Positions 38,781 through 48,811 of a stretch of 64,000 nucleotides of DNA are shown piece by piece. The notes below the pieces were generated by a model. That model saw only the letters and a program-made list of their open reading frames with translations, was not told the origin of the DNA and ran no database searches. The DNA is from an uncultured Chthonomonadaceae bacterium (lineage in GTDB: Bacteria > Armatimonadota > Chthonomonadetes > Chthonomonadales > Chthonomonadaceae), in assembly GCA_963817895.1 (NCBI GenBank), contig CAWFQB010000001.1:544001-608000 (forward strand), written 5' to 3'. Both the position numbers and the translations under genes were made by a program. Numbering within the stretch: position 1 is the stretch's first letter; every line of letters begins with the position of its first letter.

Positions 38781-39863
38781 TTAAGAGGCCGTTTGCCCCC
38801 GGCGACTTTGCCGACGAGCGTTGATCTGGTACACGAAGGCGAGGACTTCCGCGACCGCTTCGTACAAATCGCCGGGGATTTCGCGGCCCAACGCGCCGTG
38901 CTTATAAAGGGCGCGGGCGAGGGGCGGATTTTCTACAATGGGGACGTCGTTCTCGCGGGCCAGTTCGCGGATTCGCAGCGCGATTAAATCCTGCCCTTTC
39001 GCCACCACAATCGGCGCGGTCATGCTGTTTCCATCGTATTTCAGCGCGACCGCGAAGTGCGTGGGGTTCGTTACGATTACATCCGCTTTGGGAACCTCGG
39101 CCATCATCCGCTTTTTAGCGATCTGCCGCTGCCGCGCCCGGATACGGGCCTTGATTTGCGGGTTGCCGTCCTGATTCTTATGCTCCTGCCGCACCTCTTC
39201 CTTGCTCATTTTCAGCGATTTTTCGTGCGACCACTTCTGATACGCGAAATCCAGCGCGGCGAGAACCAGCATCGTCATAACGCAGCGCAGTGCCAGTTGG
39301 TACGCCATTTCCGCCGCCATGCCCACGCCCGCCATCAGGTCCATGCGCGACGCCATCAGCAATTGCGGAAAGTTGTTGCGAATGGCGTTCCAGCAGATGC
39401 CGCCGACAAGCCCGATTTTTGCGAACGATTTCGCCAGATCAACGAGGGAGCGGGGGGAAAGGAAACGCTTGAACCCGGTCAGGGGATTCAGCTTGTTGAA
39501 GTTCCATTTCAGCGCTTCGGGCGACCACAGCGGCCCGGTCTGCGCGATATTGAGGATTACGCCCAGCAGCATCGCCGTCAGGAACAGGGGCAGCATCGCC
39601 TGCGCGACGGTCATAAAAAAGCGGCTGCCAAGCTGAATCACGGTAGCGGGCGTCAGCGTTGCCTCGTTCAGATGCAGAAACGTGCTTTGAAAATACGCCT
39701 GCATCAGCCCGCCCGCCCGCCCCAACCCGCCATGCAGCACCAGCAAAACGCCGAGCATCACGCCCATCGAGGAGATTTCCATGGACTTCGCCACCTGACC
39801 CCGACTTCGCGCTTCGCCGCGTCGTTTGGGCGTCGCCGCCTCGGTTTTGTCTTCGCCGCTCAT
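38781..39863 (-). CDS. flhB: Flagellar export switch protein FlhB
   Basis: DKTEAATPKRR, KLNPLTGFKR, LKMSKEEVRQE, autocleavage TNPTH, VVAKGQD, ENPPLARALY. Confidence 0.98.
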   Translation of the reverse strand: MSGEDKTEAATPKRRGEARSRGQVAKSMEISSMGVMLGVLLVLHGGLGRAGGLMQAYFQSTFLHLNEATLTPATVIQLGSRFFMTVAQAMLPLFLTAMLLGVILNIAQTGPLWSPEALKWNFNKLNPLTGFKRFLSPRSLVDLAKSFAKIGLVGGICWNAIRNNFPQLLMASRMDLMAGVGMAAEMAYQLALRCVMTMLVLAALDFAYQKWSHEKSLKMSKEEVRQEHKNQDGNPQIKARIRARQRQIAKKRMMAEVPKADVIVTNPTHFAVALKYDGNSMTAPIVVAKGQDLIALRIRELARENDVPIVENPPLARALYKHGALGREIPGDLYEAVAEVLAFVYQINARRQSRRGQTAS

Positions 39864-39877
39864 GTCACGCTCCCGGG

Positions 39878-39950
39878 AAGTAGGTTGTAGGGAGTGGGGA
39901 GTAGGAAAAATCCTGTACCTACTACCTACTCCCTACAACCTACTCCCTAC
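39878..39950. repeat. Inverted (GTAGGGA/GTAGGTT)n ... (CCTACTC)n arrays; same family at 40718-40806 and 59217-59275
   Basis: gtaggttgtagggagtggggagtagg and cctactacctactccctacaacctactccctac. Confidence 0.85.
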
Positions 39951-40715
39951 TTTGCCGCCGTTATCAGCGCGTTCAGCCCCGTTTCCGTGCCGGCGATGAT
40001 GTGGCCGACTACGCTGGCGGTGAGGGGAACCAGCATAGCGACCGTCATCAGCCCTAAAATGATTTTGGCGGGGAGGCCGACGATGAAAACATTGATCTGC
40101 GGAACCATGCGCGCAATCAGTCCCAATGCCACATCCACCATCAGCAGCACGGCGGTTGCGGGCAGGGCCATTTGCAGGCCGAGCAAAAACATCAGTTTCA
40201 GCATCGGCCCCATTGCCAGCCCGAACGAGCCGCGCATGGCTATCGCGCCGGGTGGCACGGCAAGACAACTCCGGTACAGCGCGGCCAGCAGCGCGTGATG
40301 CCCGTCCGCCAGCAGAAAAACCGTGACGGCGAGTTGATACTGAAACGCGCTCAACAGCGACGCCTGCTGTTCGGAAAACGGGTTGATAAGGTTGATAAAC
40401 CCGAAGCCGATTTGGGTGTCAATGAAATACCCGGCCATCTCCACGCACGAAAACAGCACCCGCGCCAGATAGCCGAGCGACATGCCGAACAGCGCGTCCT
40501 TGATAACGCCGCCCGCCAGTACCAGCAGGCTGTCGGGGATCGGGCCGGTATGCGGCGCAACAAGAGGAACCAGCGCGAGGGAGAATATCAGGATGAAGCC
40601 GGCCTTCACCTGCCGGGGAATGGCATGGTTCCCGAAACAGCGGCGCGGCGGTCATTAAACCGCCCACGCGCGCGAAAACCAGCAGAAAAGTGTAGAAGTC
40701 GTGAATAGGGTACAT
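39947..40715 (-). CDS. fliR: Flagellar export protein FliR (one extra base near 40636, probably assembly error)
   Basis: FLLVFARVGGLMTAAPLF joins GNHAIPRQVKAG; EMAGYFIDTQIGF; DGHH; LGLIARMVPQINVFIVGLPAK. Confidence 0.93.
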
Positions 40716-40802
40716 AAGGGAGTAGGTTGTAGGGAGTAGGTTGTAGAGAAGCGGATATGTGGAACATGTAGCCCCGACTCCCCACTCCCTACAACCTACT
40801 CC

Positions 40803-41072
40803 CTACTTGACAACCGGCGTCATGTGCGTGTACGTGTGCTGCATGAACTGTATCATGGTGGTGAGCATCCAGGGGCCGAAGATGGCGAGCGCGGCAACAA
40901 TGGCGAGCAATTTCGGCACGAACGTCAGCGTAAATTCCTGTATCTGCGTGACGGCCTGAAAAATGCTGACCATGACGCCCGCCACAAGCCCGAACAGCAG
41001 CACGGGCATGGACAACTTCATACAGACAATCAGCACATTGCGTCCGGCGTCCAATACGGCGTGATCGGTCAT
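40803..41072 (-). CDS. fliQ: Flagellar export protein FliQ
   Basis: VSIFQAVTQIQEFTLTFVPKL...GPWM. Confidence 0.97.
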   Translation of the reverse strand: MTDHAVLDAGRNVLIVCMKLSMPVLLFGLVAGVMVSIFQAVTQIQEFTLTFVPKLLAIVAALAIFGPWMLTTMIQFMQHTYTHMTPVVK

Positions 41073-41081
41073 GGGAACTCC

Positions 41082-41152
41082 AGTGAGAGTGAAAGGTGAG
41101 AGTGGAGAGTGAGAGTAAAGATGCGTGTCCTCTCACTCTCCACTCTCACTCT
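41082..41152. repeat. Inverted (GAGAGTG)n ... (CACTCTC)n arrays
   Basis: agtgagagtgaaaggtgagagtggagagtgagagt and tctcactctccactctcactct. Confidence 0.8.
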
Positions 41153-41191
41153 TACTGCTTCTCTTATTATGGGCAAATCGAGCCGGGGACT

Positions 41192-42220
41192 TTACGGGGA
41201 TTTTGGAAGGGGCGCGGAAATAAGTCGGGCGGGATCGAGAACGACATGCTTGATGTGGGTTCGGTTCCAGGTGTAGGAGATGTGAACAAGGCCGTCCGAA
41301 GATTGAATCACGGCGGGATAGGAGTATTCGCCCGGACGGTCTTCCAGCGTGAACGCCATTTGCCACGTTTCGCCATCCGGGGAAAGCGCCACGTTGAGCG
41401 GGGTTCGCGCGGTTGTGGAATGGTTGTACACGAGCAGTTGGCGTCCATCGTGCAGCGTGGCCGCGTCCGTGCCGGAATTGGGATTGGGCAGGCTTGTCGA
41501 ACGGGGCGCGTTCCACGTTTTGCCCCCATCTTCCGACCACAGCGCGACTATCATTTGTTGGCGGCTGCGGCACAGCATTTGCAGGCGTCCATCGGGGTAG
41601 GTGAGAATACTCGGCTGTATCAGGCCGAATGTGTGGCCGTCGTTGAGCGGGCCAGTAGTTTCCCACGTTTGCCCCCTATCGGGCGTGGATTCGATATGAA
41701 CCTGCCAGCCCCGTTGCCAGTCTTCCGTGCTGGACGGGCAGAGCAAAACGCCACCGGCAAGCAGAACCGGCTTGTTCTTGATCGGGCCGAGTATGCCATG
41801 CGGCAGCCGAACGGGGCTTGACCACGTTTTGCCCCCGTCTTTGGAAGCGATTCTCATGCCCCACCAGCGGCGCGGGTCCGGCCCCACTTTGTAGAACAGC
41901 AGCAAAGGCGCGTCCGGCGGCTGAAACAGAACCGGATTCCAGCAGGCAAAGCGCACGGGCGTGTCCACAATGCCACTGGCGACTTCAACCGGAACCGACC
42001 ACTGCGCGTTTTCCCACCGCGAAACCCAAATACCTACATCCGGGTCCGACTCCCGCGTCCCGCCAAACCACGCGCAGACAAGCCCCGTCGAGGTTTCTGC
42101 AAGGGTAGACGCATGGCATTGCGGAACCGGGGCTTGGTCAAAAACCATTTCAGACGCAACCAATCCCGGCTGTGGAACCACAAATCCGGGTACAAAATCG
42201 TCACCAGGCATCAACTCCAT
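41192..42220 (-). CDS. Sialidase-family (BNR/Asp-box) protein
   Basis: CHASTL, AWFGGTRE, Asp boxes SKDGGKTWS, STPDRGQTW, SEDGGKTW, SPDGETW; EYSYP. Confidence 0.9.
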   Translation of the reverse strand: MELMPGDDFVPGFVVPQPGLVASEMVFDQAPVPQCHASTLAETSTGLVCAWFGGTRESDPDVGIWVSRWENAQWSVPVEVASGIVDTPVRFACWNPVLFQPPDAPLLLFYKVGPDPRRWWGMRIASKDGGKTWSSPVRLPHGILGPIKNKPVLLAGGVLLCPSSTEDWQRGWQVHIESTPDRGQTWETTGPLNDGHTFGLIQPSILTYPDGRLQMLCRSRQQMIVALWSEDGGKTWNAPRSTSLPNPNSGTDAATLHDGRQLLVYNHSTTARTPLNVALSPDGETWQMAFTLEDRPGEYSYPAVIQSSDGLVHISYTWNRTHIKHVVLDPARLISAPLPKSP

Positions 42221-42423
42221 CACGTCAGCCCTTAATCCCTGTCCCCTGTAATCATGCCTCGAGGCCGCGCATCGTTTCAAGCCGTTTCAAAGCGCCCTCT
42301 AAACACCGAAAAAGGCGCAGCAATCCGGGCTATACGATCCTGCCCGAACTGTTGCGCCTTTTTTCATCAAACGGTACATCACGGAGATTGGTTTTCCAAG
42401 ATCGCAGTAAGTCGATTATTTCC

Positions 42424-42537
42424 GTTTCCAATTCCCTACGGGGAAGAGGTCGGGTTGCAACCTCTGCGCACTTTTGTCAAAGCCGCAGGCATGAAAAAAA
42501 GTTTCAATCCCCTACGGGGAAGAGGTTGGGTTGCAAC
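42424..42537 (-). CRISPR. CRISPR mini-array: 2 repeats (37-nt GTTGCAACCCAACCTCTTCCCCGTAGGGGATTGAAAC plus a degenerate 38-nt copy) and one 39-nt spacer
   Basis: Repeats at 42501-42537 and 42424-42461 with the CCCC-GTA-GGGG hairpin and ATTGAAAC 3' end typical of Cas6-processed type I-D/III repeats; adjacent leader and cas6. Confidence 0.85.
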
Positions 42538-42698
42538 CCTCTATCTCATATTTCCTTCTCATCGGCGCTAACCTCGAAAATAGTTGGAAACATGCAGGCA
42601 TTATAGTCGATGAGAAGCATGGTGTCAAGCCTTTCGAGATTAATTTTTGCAGCGCTAACCTCACCCCTTTTCGCGTGGTTTGGAGGTTAGCGCTGCAA
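42538..42698 (-). promoter_or_regulatory. CRISPR leader with consensus sigma70 promoter and palindromic leader motifs
   Basis: TTGACA (42628-42623), 17 bp, TATAAT (42605-42600); inverted repeat TTGCAGCGCTAACCTC (42647-42662) / GAGGTTAGCGCTGCAA (42683-42698); third GCGCTAACCTC near 42564. Confidence 0.8.
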
Positions 42699-42779
42699 CC
42701 CCAATCCTTTTCCTCTCTCAACGAGTCATCAGGGGGAACACTGCTCACCGCCTCAACAGGGGTACCTGACTCCTGAAAC

Positions 42780-43599
42780 CTAACCCCTGACTCTCGTTTG
42801 TCCCATGCCCATGCCGGTTTTGCGCCCGGTTCCGGCGTAGAAGTCGAATTCGGCCAGCACACTGGCAATATGGCGCTCCTCAGCGGACAACTCTTTCAAG
42901 TCAAAGCGACATTCGCCGACAAACCCGTTTTGCGCCACGCCTTTCAGCCGCGTTTTACGGGTTTGCAGTTAATACGCCGTCAGGTCAATACGTTCTGCGG
43001 CGGCAAGCAGGGCCTCTTCGGCAATTTTTGGAGCGTCGGCGGGAGAATGGGTGTTCCACGCGCGCCCACGATTGCCACACGAAACGCGGGTCGGGCCAGC
43101 AAACGTCCCGGTCATGCGAACGGAACGCGGTGGGCGTGACAAAGCGCAAGGCCAGCGCGTCGGCGGGCGGCGTTTGCGTCCACAAATCGGCAAAGGACGC
43201 GCTGCCCGCTTCGGCGTGGAGAGCGGAGGTGGTCAGCAGGGCATCGGGCGCGTACAGCGCGTTTCCCAGGCGCAGCGGCGCAATTTCAGACTGCCGCAGC
43301 AATCCATCCACGAACGGCGCGAACAACTCCTCGTCCAGCAGCGTGATGCGCAGGGCGTGACCGGTGGCCGGCAAATGGTGGCGGGTGGCTGGCAATGGAT
43401 GCGGTGAAGCGTCAGCGTTGCATGGCGCAAGGCAGACAGTAAAGGGCTTGCGGGCATTGGCGTCATGCAGGCGTTCGGTCAGGCCGGCGTCACCCCGCGA
43501 CAGCAGATCGAAGAAAGCGGCATGAACCACATCCCCCGCGTTGGCAGGCAGAGGCGCGTTATTCAGGCGGCGGAGCGTGAGCAGAAAAGCGTTGGGCAT
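42780..43599 (-). pseudogene. cas6: cas6 pseudogene (frameshift near 43060 and in-frame TAA at 42971-42969)
   Basis: HAAFFDLL...RKPFTV...LRITLL...LRFVTPTAFR; reconstructed C-terminus GFVGECRF...FYAGTGRKTGMGMGQ (Cas6 G-loop). Confidence 0.9.
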
Positions 43600-43714
43600 G
43601 GGTACAGGGGCATCCTTTTTCGGGCGAAATTACCGGGTATCTTCCTTCCCCCGTCGCCGGTTTCCTGTCGAATTTCCCGCCTGTATTACGCGACATGGGC
43701 GCGATTCAGGATGT

Positions 43715-44539
43715 TTATTTGCGCTGCGCGAACGATTGCGCGGCTTCGTCCATGCGGATAAAGGTCGCGCCCATATCGCGCAGGGAATTTATAAGGCGTT
43801 CCAGCATCAACATGCGATGCCCCCTGCCGATCACCTGCGGATGAAACGTATACGTCAGGACGCCCCACTCTTCAGTCTGCGCCATGTAGCGGAAATCGTC
43901 CAGCCAGTTTGCCAGCACGTCGTCGGCGCGTTGTAGGCCGGGTAAAATGCCGTTCGGCCCGTTGCGGAACTCGAAGTGCGGGAAATCGTCCAGCGACCAA
44001 CTGATGGGCATTTCAATCAGGGGTGACGGCTGCCCGAACACGACCGGGCCGTCTTTGGGAAACTGATCCCCAACCCGCGCATAATAGGGGTGATGATCCT
44101 GCGCCATCATGCTGCTGTCATAGGCAAAGCCGCGCGCCAACAGCAGTTCTATGGTGTGGGGGCTTAAATCCCACGCCGGGGAACGATAGCCACGCGGCTT
44201 TTGTCCTGTTACGCGCTCGATACACGCGCTGCCGCGTATGAGAACCGCCTCTTCCTGTTCGCGGGTCAGTTGTCCGGGCGGCTCGTGCAGATAGCCGTGA
44301 TGCGCGATTTCATGTCCCTCCGCATGGATACGGGCGCAAATCTCCGGGTAGGTGTCGAGCGTATGCCCCGGCGTGAACCATGTGGCCTTAATGTCATATT
44401 TTTGCAGCAACGCCAGCAGGCGGGCCGCGCCGATAATGCCGAACTCGCCCCGCGACAACTGCGTGGGCGTCGCCATATCCCGGTAAATCCAAGGCGAAAC
44501 GGCGTCAAAATCAAAAGTTAAACAGACGAAGTATGTCAT
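43715..44539 (-). CDS. Polysaccharide deacetylase (CE4/PuuE-like)
   Basis: LTFDFD, ATWFTPG, HEIAHHGYLHE, GYRSPAW, YDSSMM, FHPQVIGRGHR. Confidence 0.92.
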   Translation of the reverse strand: MTYFVCLTFDFDAVSPWIYRDMATPTQLSRGEFGIIGAARLLALLQKYDIKATWFTPGHTLDTYPEICARIHAEGHEIAHHGYLHEPPGQLTREQEEAVLIRGSACIERVTGQKPRGYRSPAWDLSPHTIELLLARGFAYDSSMMAQDHHPYYARVGDQFPKDGPVVFGQPSPLIEMPISWSLDDFPHFEFRNGPNGILPGLQRADDVLANWLDDFRYMAQTEEWGVLTYTFHPQVIGRGHRMLMLERLINSLRDMGATFIRMDEAAQSFAQRK

Positions 44540-44545
44540 AGTTAT

Positions 44546-46405
44546 TTAACGTTGCGCGTTGAGTTTGGAAGCGCGGTCCAAGCCTTCAAAAACCGGCCCC
44601 ATTTTCTTTACATCGGCTTTGGGCAGGCGGTCGTAGGTGAGCAGGCCGTTGAGTTCCTGTTCTACGTCGGTTAATTGCGTGTACACGAAGCCCGACAGAT
44701 TTTGCGCTTCAAATAGCTGGCTTGTCTGGAAACGGACGCGGTCTATCAAGCCTGCCGGGTCATGTACCGTCTGATAGCCCCAACCCTTTGTCCATGTATG
44801 GCCGGGGACGGGCAGAGCTATGCCGCCGTATTCGCCCACCACTTTCGGCTTTATGGGATTTGCGATCCCCTGCCGCAGCAGGTTGTTGCCGTAATCATGA
44901 ACGTCAATTACATCTGTCAGGCCGCGCTGCGTCCATCCGCTGGCATCGGTAATCGGGCGGCTGGTATCGAACTCGCGGGTCAGGCGCACAATGCTGTCCT
45001 GAAACTCCTGCGGGTCGCCCCAATTCTCGTTGAACGGTATCCAGTGGACGACGCAGGGATTGTTATGCACATCCGCCAGAACCTCAATCCACTCGTTGGC
45101 GAAGCTTTCGCGCGCATCGGGCGTGGTCAGGCTGTGGCTGGAGGGCATGTCCTGCCACACGGCAAGGCCGAGTTTATCGCACCAGTAGTACCAGCGCGGG
45201 TCTTCTACTTTGACGTGCTTACGCGCCATGTTGAAGCCCAGTTTCTTCGTCATCTCCACGTCATTTTTAATCGCCGCGTCGGTGGGAGGCGTGTAAATCC
45301 CGTCCGGCCAGAATCCCTGATCTAACACGCCGCGATAAAAGTACGGCTTGCCGTTGAGCGTCAGCCGCCCATTCGCAATGCCGACACTGCGAAAAGCCGT
45401 ATACGACTTTACCTCATCTATAACCTTGCCGTTTTGTTTCAAGCGCAGGGTAATGTCGTAGAGCGCGGGGGTTTCGGGTGTCCAGGGCGAAACGTTGGGC
45501 AGCGAGATATGCAGAATGGGGTTTTGCAGCGGATTGGCGGTTTGCGTCACCGTTGTTGCTTTTTGCCCCTTTCCCGTAATGATGGTTTCCAAAGTCACGG
45601 CCTGCCTGCCGGTAATGTTGGCGGCAAGGGTTAAATCGCCCTTCCGGTTTTCCTCAGAGTAGGCGGGCGTCAGGATTACACGGTCAATATGGACGGGCGA
45701 AACGGGTTCCAGCCACACGGTCTGCCAGATTCCTGTAGTGCGCGTGTACCAGATGCTTTCGCTGCCTAATTGCTTGCCTTTGGGCTGCTTGCCCTCCTTT
45801 TTCGGGTCGGCGGGATCGTAAACAGAAACAACCACCTCCTGCGGCCCATTGGTTTTCAGCGCGTTGGTGATGTCGCAGGTAAAGGGCGTGTACCCGCCCA
45901 CATGTTCGCCCACCATTTTGCCGTTGACATAAACCGTCGTTTGCCAGTCCACCGCGCCGAAGTTGAGCAGAATCCGCTGTCCGCTCCACTGGGCCGGAAC
46001 CGCGAATTCGCGCCGATACCAGAGGTGTTCGTGAATCTCCTTGCCCTTACCGATGCCCGACAGCGCGGCCTCAAACGTGAACGGAACCAGTATCCGCTCC
46101 GGCAGGGGTTTGCCCGTTTGCCAGCCGCTTTTGCCGCCCGTATCCGCGTCATCAAACGCGAACTGCCACAGCCCGTTGAGCGATTGCCACTCCTTGCGCT
46201 GCATCAGCGGGCGCGGATATTCCGGGCGCGGCTTGTCGGGCGACACATCGCGGGCAAAGCGCGTCATTAAGGGCGCAGGCGCAGGTTTCCACGCGCCAAC
46301 GTCAATCTGTTGCGCCCGCGCCTGCCCACTTGCAATCAGGACGGTGAAAGCCAGAAGACCACTTCTTCGTTGCGGCCATCGCCGTAGTCCTTGAACCGTT
46401 CTCAT
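44546..46405 (-). CDS. Glycoside hydrolase family 2 protein
   Basis: PEYPRP, LNGLWQF, LNFGAVDW, GIWQTVWLE, LDQGFWPDG, RKHVKVE, FNENWG (acid/base), GEYGG (nucleophile), YTQLTDVEQE. Confidence 0.93.
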   Translation of the reverse strand: MRTVQGLRRWPQRRSGLLAFTVLIASGQARAQQIDVGAWKPAPAPLMTRFARDVSPDKPRPEYPRPLMQRKEWQSLNGLWQFAFDDADTGGKSGWQTGKPLPERILVPFTFEAALSGIGKGKEIHEHLWYRREFAVPAQWSGQRILLNFGAVDWQTTVYVNGKMVGEHVGGYTPFTCDITNALKTNGPQEVVVSVYDPADPKKEGKQPKGKQLGSESIWYTRTTGIWQTVWLEPVSPVHIDRVILTPAYSEENRKGDLTLAANITGRQAVTLETIITGKGQKATTVTQTANPLQNPILHISLPNVSPWTPETPALYDITLRLKQNGKVIDEVKSYTAFRSVGIANGRLTLNGKPYFYRGVLDQGFWPDGIYTPPTDAAIKNDVEMTKKLGFNMARKHVKVEDPRWYYWCDKLGLAVWQDMPSSHSLTTPDARESFANEWIEVLADVHNNPCVVHWIPFNENWGDPQEFQDSIVRLTREFDTSRPITDASGWTQRGLTDVIDVHDYGNNLLRQGIANPIKPKVVGEYGGIALPVPGHTWTKGWGYQTVHDPAGLIDRVRFQTSQLFEAQNLSGFVYTQLTDVEQELNGLLTYDRLPKADVKKMGPVFEGLDRASKLNAQR

Positions 46406-46792
46406 CGTTATTTCCCTTCGCATAAAAAAGATATTTATTTGCTTTTCCGGCTTCATTCTTTTGCCCTTGCCTCTACCCCTATACTGTTCCTCAACATTCG
46501 CTACTTCTTGCCAAACTCCTGCCTGCACATCTCTCCAAGTGCTTACACTTTTCATGCTTGGACGGGTTGCGCAAAAATCTTTGGATAAGTTAGAGATTCT
46601 GCGGGCATTATTCGCGTGTTTGACGCCTTGCAAAGTCGCATGGCTTTAGAGATAGCGCGTCAACGGTAACGCGAGATTGCAACTTACCTGAAAACAAATT
46701 TTGTTGAACAGGTAAGCCACAACGCAACCTTTTAGAGTAGAATCATGTCGGGTGTTATATTAATCTTCTCAATAAATTGGGGGACATCGTTC

Positions 46793-48594
46793 ATGAAAAA
46801 CCGAAGCATCCGTATAAAACGTTCTTTTTCAGCTTCAACACCGCAGTTACAAAGTATTTGGCAACGCGCCAATCATGCAAAGCAGAATAATGTAGCTTTC
46901 CCCCTGACTTACAGCGAGGTTACTGGAAAACCCGCAACTTTGGAAGAAATGAATGCAATTTTACGAGATATTGACATCAACGCTATTTTAGGCATCATTG
47001 CAGCGCTGAATAATCGATACTGCATGGACACAGCCGTTTCTCATCAAGAGATGCACCATCGGCAAGCCGAACTTGTGCATGACCTCTTTTCCCCGGAGCT
47101 TCAACAACAGATTTTTGCCAGCCCGTTCGGTCGTAGCTCACGTCAAGTTCTATTCTTACAGGCAGCAACTACTTTTTGTCTTGCGCCATGCACTTCAGGT
47201 CTGTCAGAATCAGGGTGGCCTTACATTCAATCCACACATTAGATAGAATATTAAATTCGGTCGGGGATGTCTGTCTAATGGCTACAGATTTAATGGTGTT
47301 TGAAAAGCCTGTAGTGGCAGGAGAAGACCCTTATGTCCAGCTTACCCGGCTGATGCTCGAAATATCCGAATTGGCTCTGGATAATGATCTCATAAACGTC
47401 ATAGGCAGAGCGGCTCAACTCTGGCTCCGTATTCCAGAAGAAACCACCGTCAAAAATCGCAGAAGTTACGTATCCTTCGCCAGTGAGTTCCGCGTTGCTT
47501 ACGATGTGGATCTGGATATTTTTCTCCGCGTCCTTTATTTTCTTCTGGCCCGGAGTGCGAGTGAGGATGTTCAGGGGCAAGCACCTTGGGCGAAGTATGT
47601 TATTGACACCCAAACATACTTTCTCACCACCGTACATTCCCCTGAAACGGCGCAAAAGGTACTCCAAATACTTGCTTGTCCTCTAATGGACATGAGGAAA
47701 GAGCTAGAGGATAGGGCAGTTCAACGACACGGACATAAAATTGCGGCTCTGGAACGTTTCCCGTTTTTCCAAGTTGACGAACATTACTTCATCTTCTATG
47801 ATAGGAACCTACTGCTTCGCTTCTTTACGCATGGAATTTGGTGGCGCATTCTTGATAAATCGCCTCCAGATAAACAAGAGCATTTTCGCGCCTACTTCGG
47901 AGATGTCTTTGAAATATACGTAAAACGGGTGCTGGCTCATGCCTGTGATCAATCCAAGCAAATGCGCCTTCACGATTCGCTAAGATTTAATTCAACGCAA
48001 GAAATTTGTGACTCGCTCATTGAGACAGAGGACGCTTGGATAGTTATGGAAGTTAAGGCTTCTCTACTCATGCACAAATCAAAATACTCCGGTGACGGCA
48101 CACAGTTAAAGCAGGATATTTTGAGCCGGTTCAGCGGGACAGAGGAGAAACCTAAAGGCGCGCGTCAGTTAGGTCGAAGCATAAACCGTTTGCTCAAGGG
48201 AGAGCAAGATACCATGAAGAGACTCGATATTAGCGGGCAACAGAATATCTATCCAGTTCTCATCAGTTACGACACTACAATCTGCAATAAATTTATTGCA
48301 AAGATGCTCGACGCTGAGATGAGAAAGGATTTAACAGACATACAGCCGACATCGCCAGTCGTGATGCCTCTTACGATATTGAGCAGCGAGGATATTGAGG
48401 CTGTTTCAGCACTGGGATACAAGCATCTTATGCAAAGCCTGATAGACTCTTATCAAAAGTCCACAGCTTCATTGCCGAGTTTTGCTGCTCAAATCTTAAA
48501 TAAGCATCGTCAAGACGCGAATGTGGAGTTAGCGTACACACATTTGAATTTCAAGCAGTTTCACGACACGGCATTGAAAGATTTGAAGCCATAA
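46793..48594 (+). CDS. Large AT-rich protein with C-terminal PD-(D/E)xK (NERD-like) nuclease domain; one or two frameshifts at 47150-47240
   Basis: FGDVFEIYVKRVL...EICDSLIETEDAWIVMEVKAS...KGARQL; helical N-terminal region; codon usage unlike the host. Confidence 0.6.
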
Positions 48595-48715
48595 CTCTCT
48601 CATGTCAGAACGCCATGCTGATTCTAGGTCTGCGGGGTGATGAGATAAAGTCCCTGAAAACCTGCAAACACGCTAATCCCGTACATCTTCAACAGAAAAA
48701 CTTACAAAACCACTG

Positions 48716-48800
48716 TTGACTTTTTCATGCAAAGGGGTTATAATCTAAATACTTCTTACCCGACTGACTTGCCGCAAGGCCTCAGTCGGGTTTATTTATT
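48716..48800 (+). promoter_or_regulatory. Sigma70 promoter followed by a leader hairpin with T-tract upstream of the NYN gene
   Basis: TTGACT-17-TATAAT (48716-48744); acccgactga...tcagtcgggt followed by ttatttattt. Confidence 0.65.
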
Positions 48801-48811
48801 TGGGGTACCCC

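Noticed and set aside
40630..40640. Programmed frameshifting or phase variation in fliR and other split genes
   Set aside because: Runs are only 2-3 nt with no slippery heptamer or long tract; the pattern fits sequencing indels
42270..42423. Possible further degenerate CRISPR repeats downstream of the mini-array
   Set aside because: Only GTTTCAA/GTTTTCCAA-like starts; the hairpin and GTTGCAAC end are absent
48721..48730. 10-nt match (TTTTTCATGC) between the CRISPR spacer 5' end and the NYN promoter spacer
   Set aside because: Too short and low-complexity to exceed chance; a similar partial match occurs near 46549; no extended pairing seen
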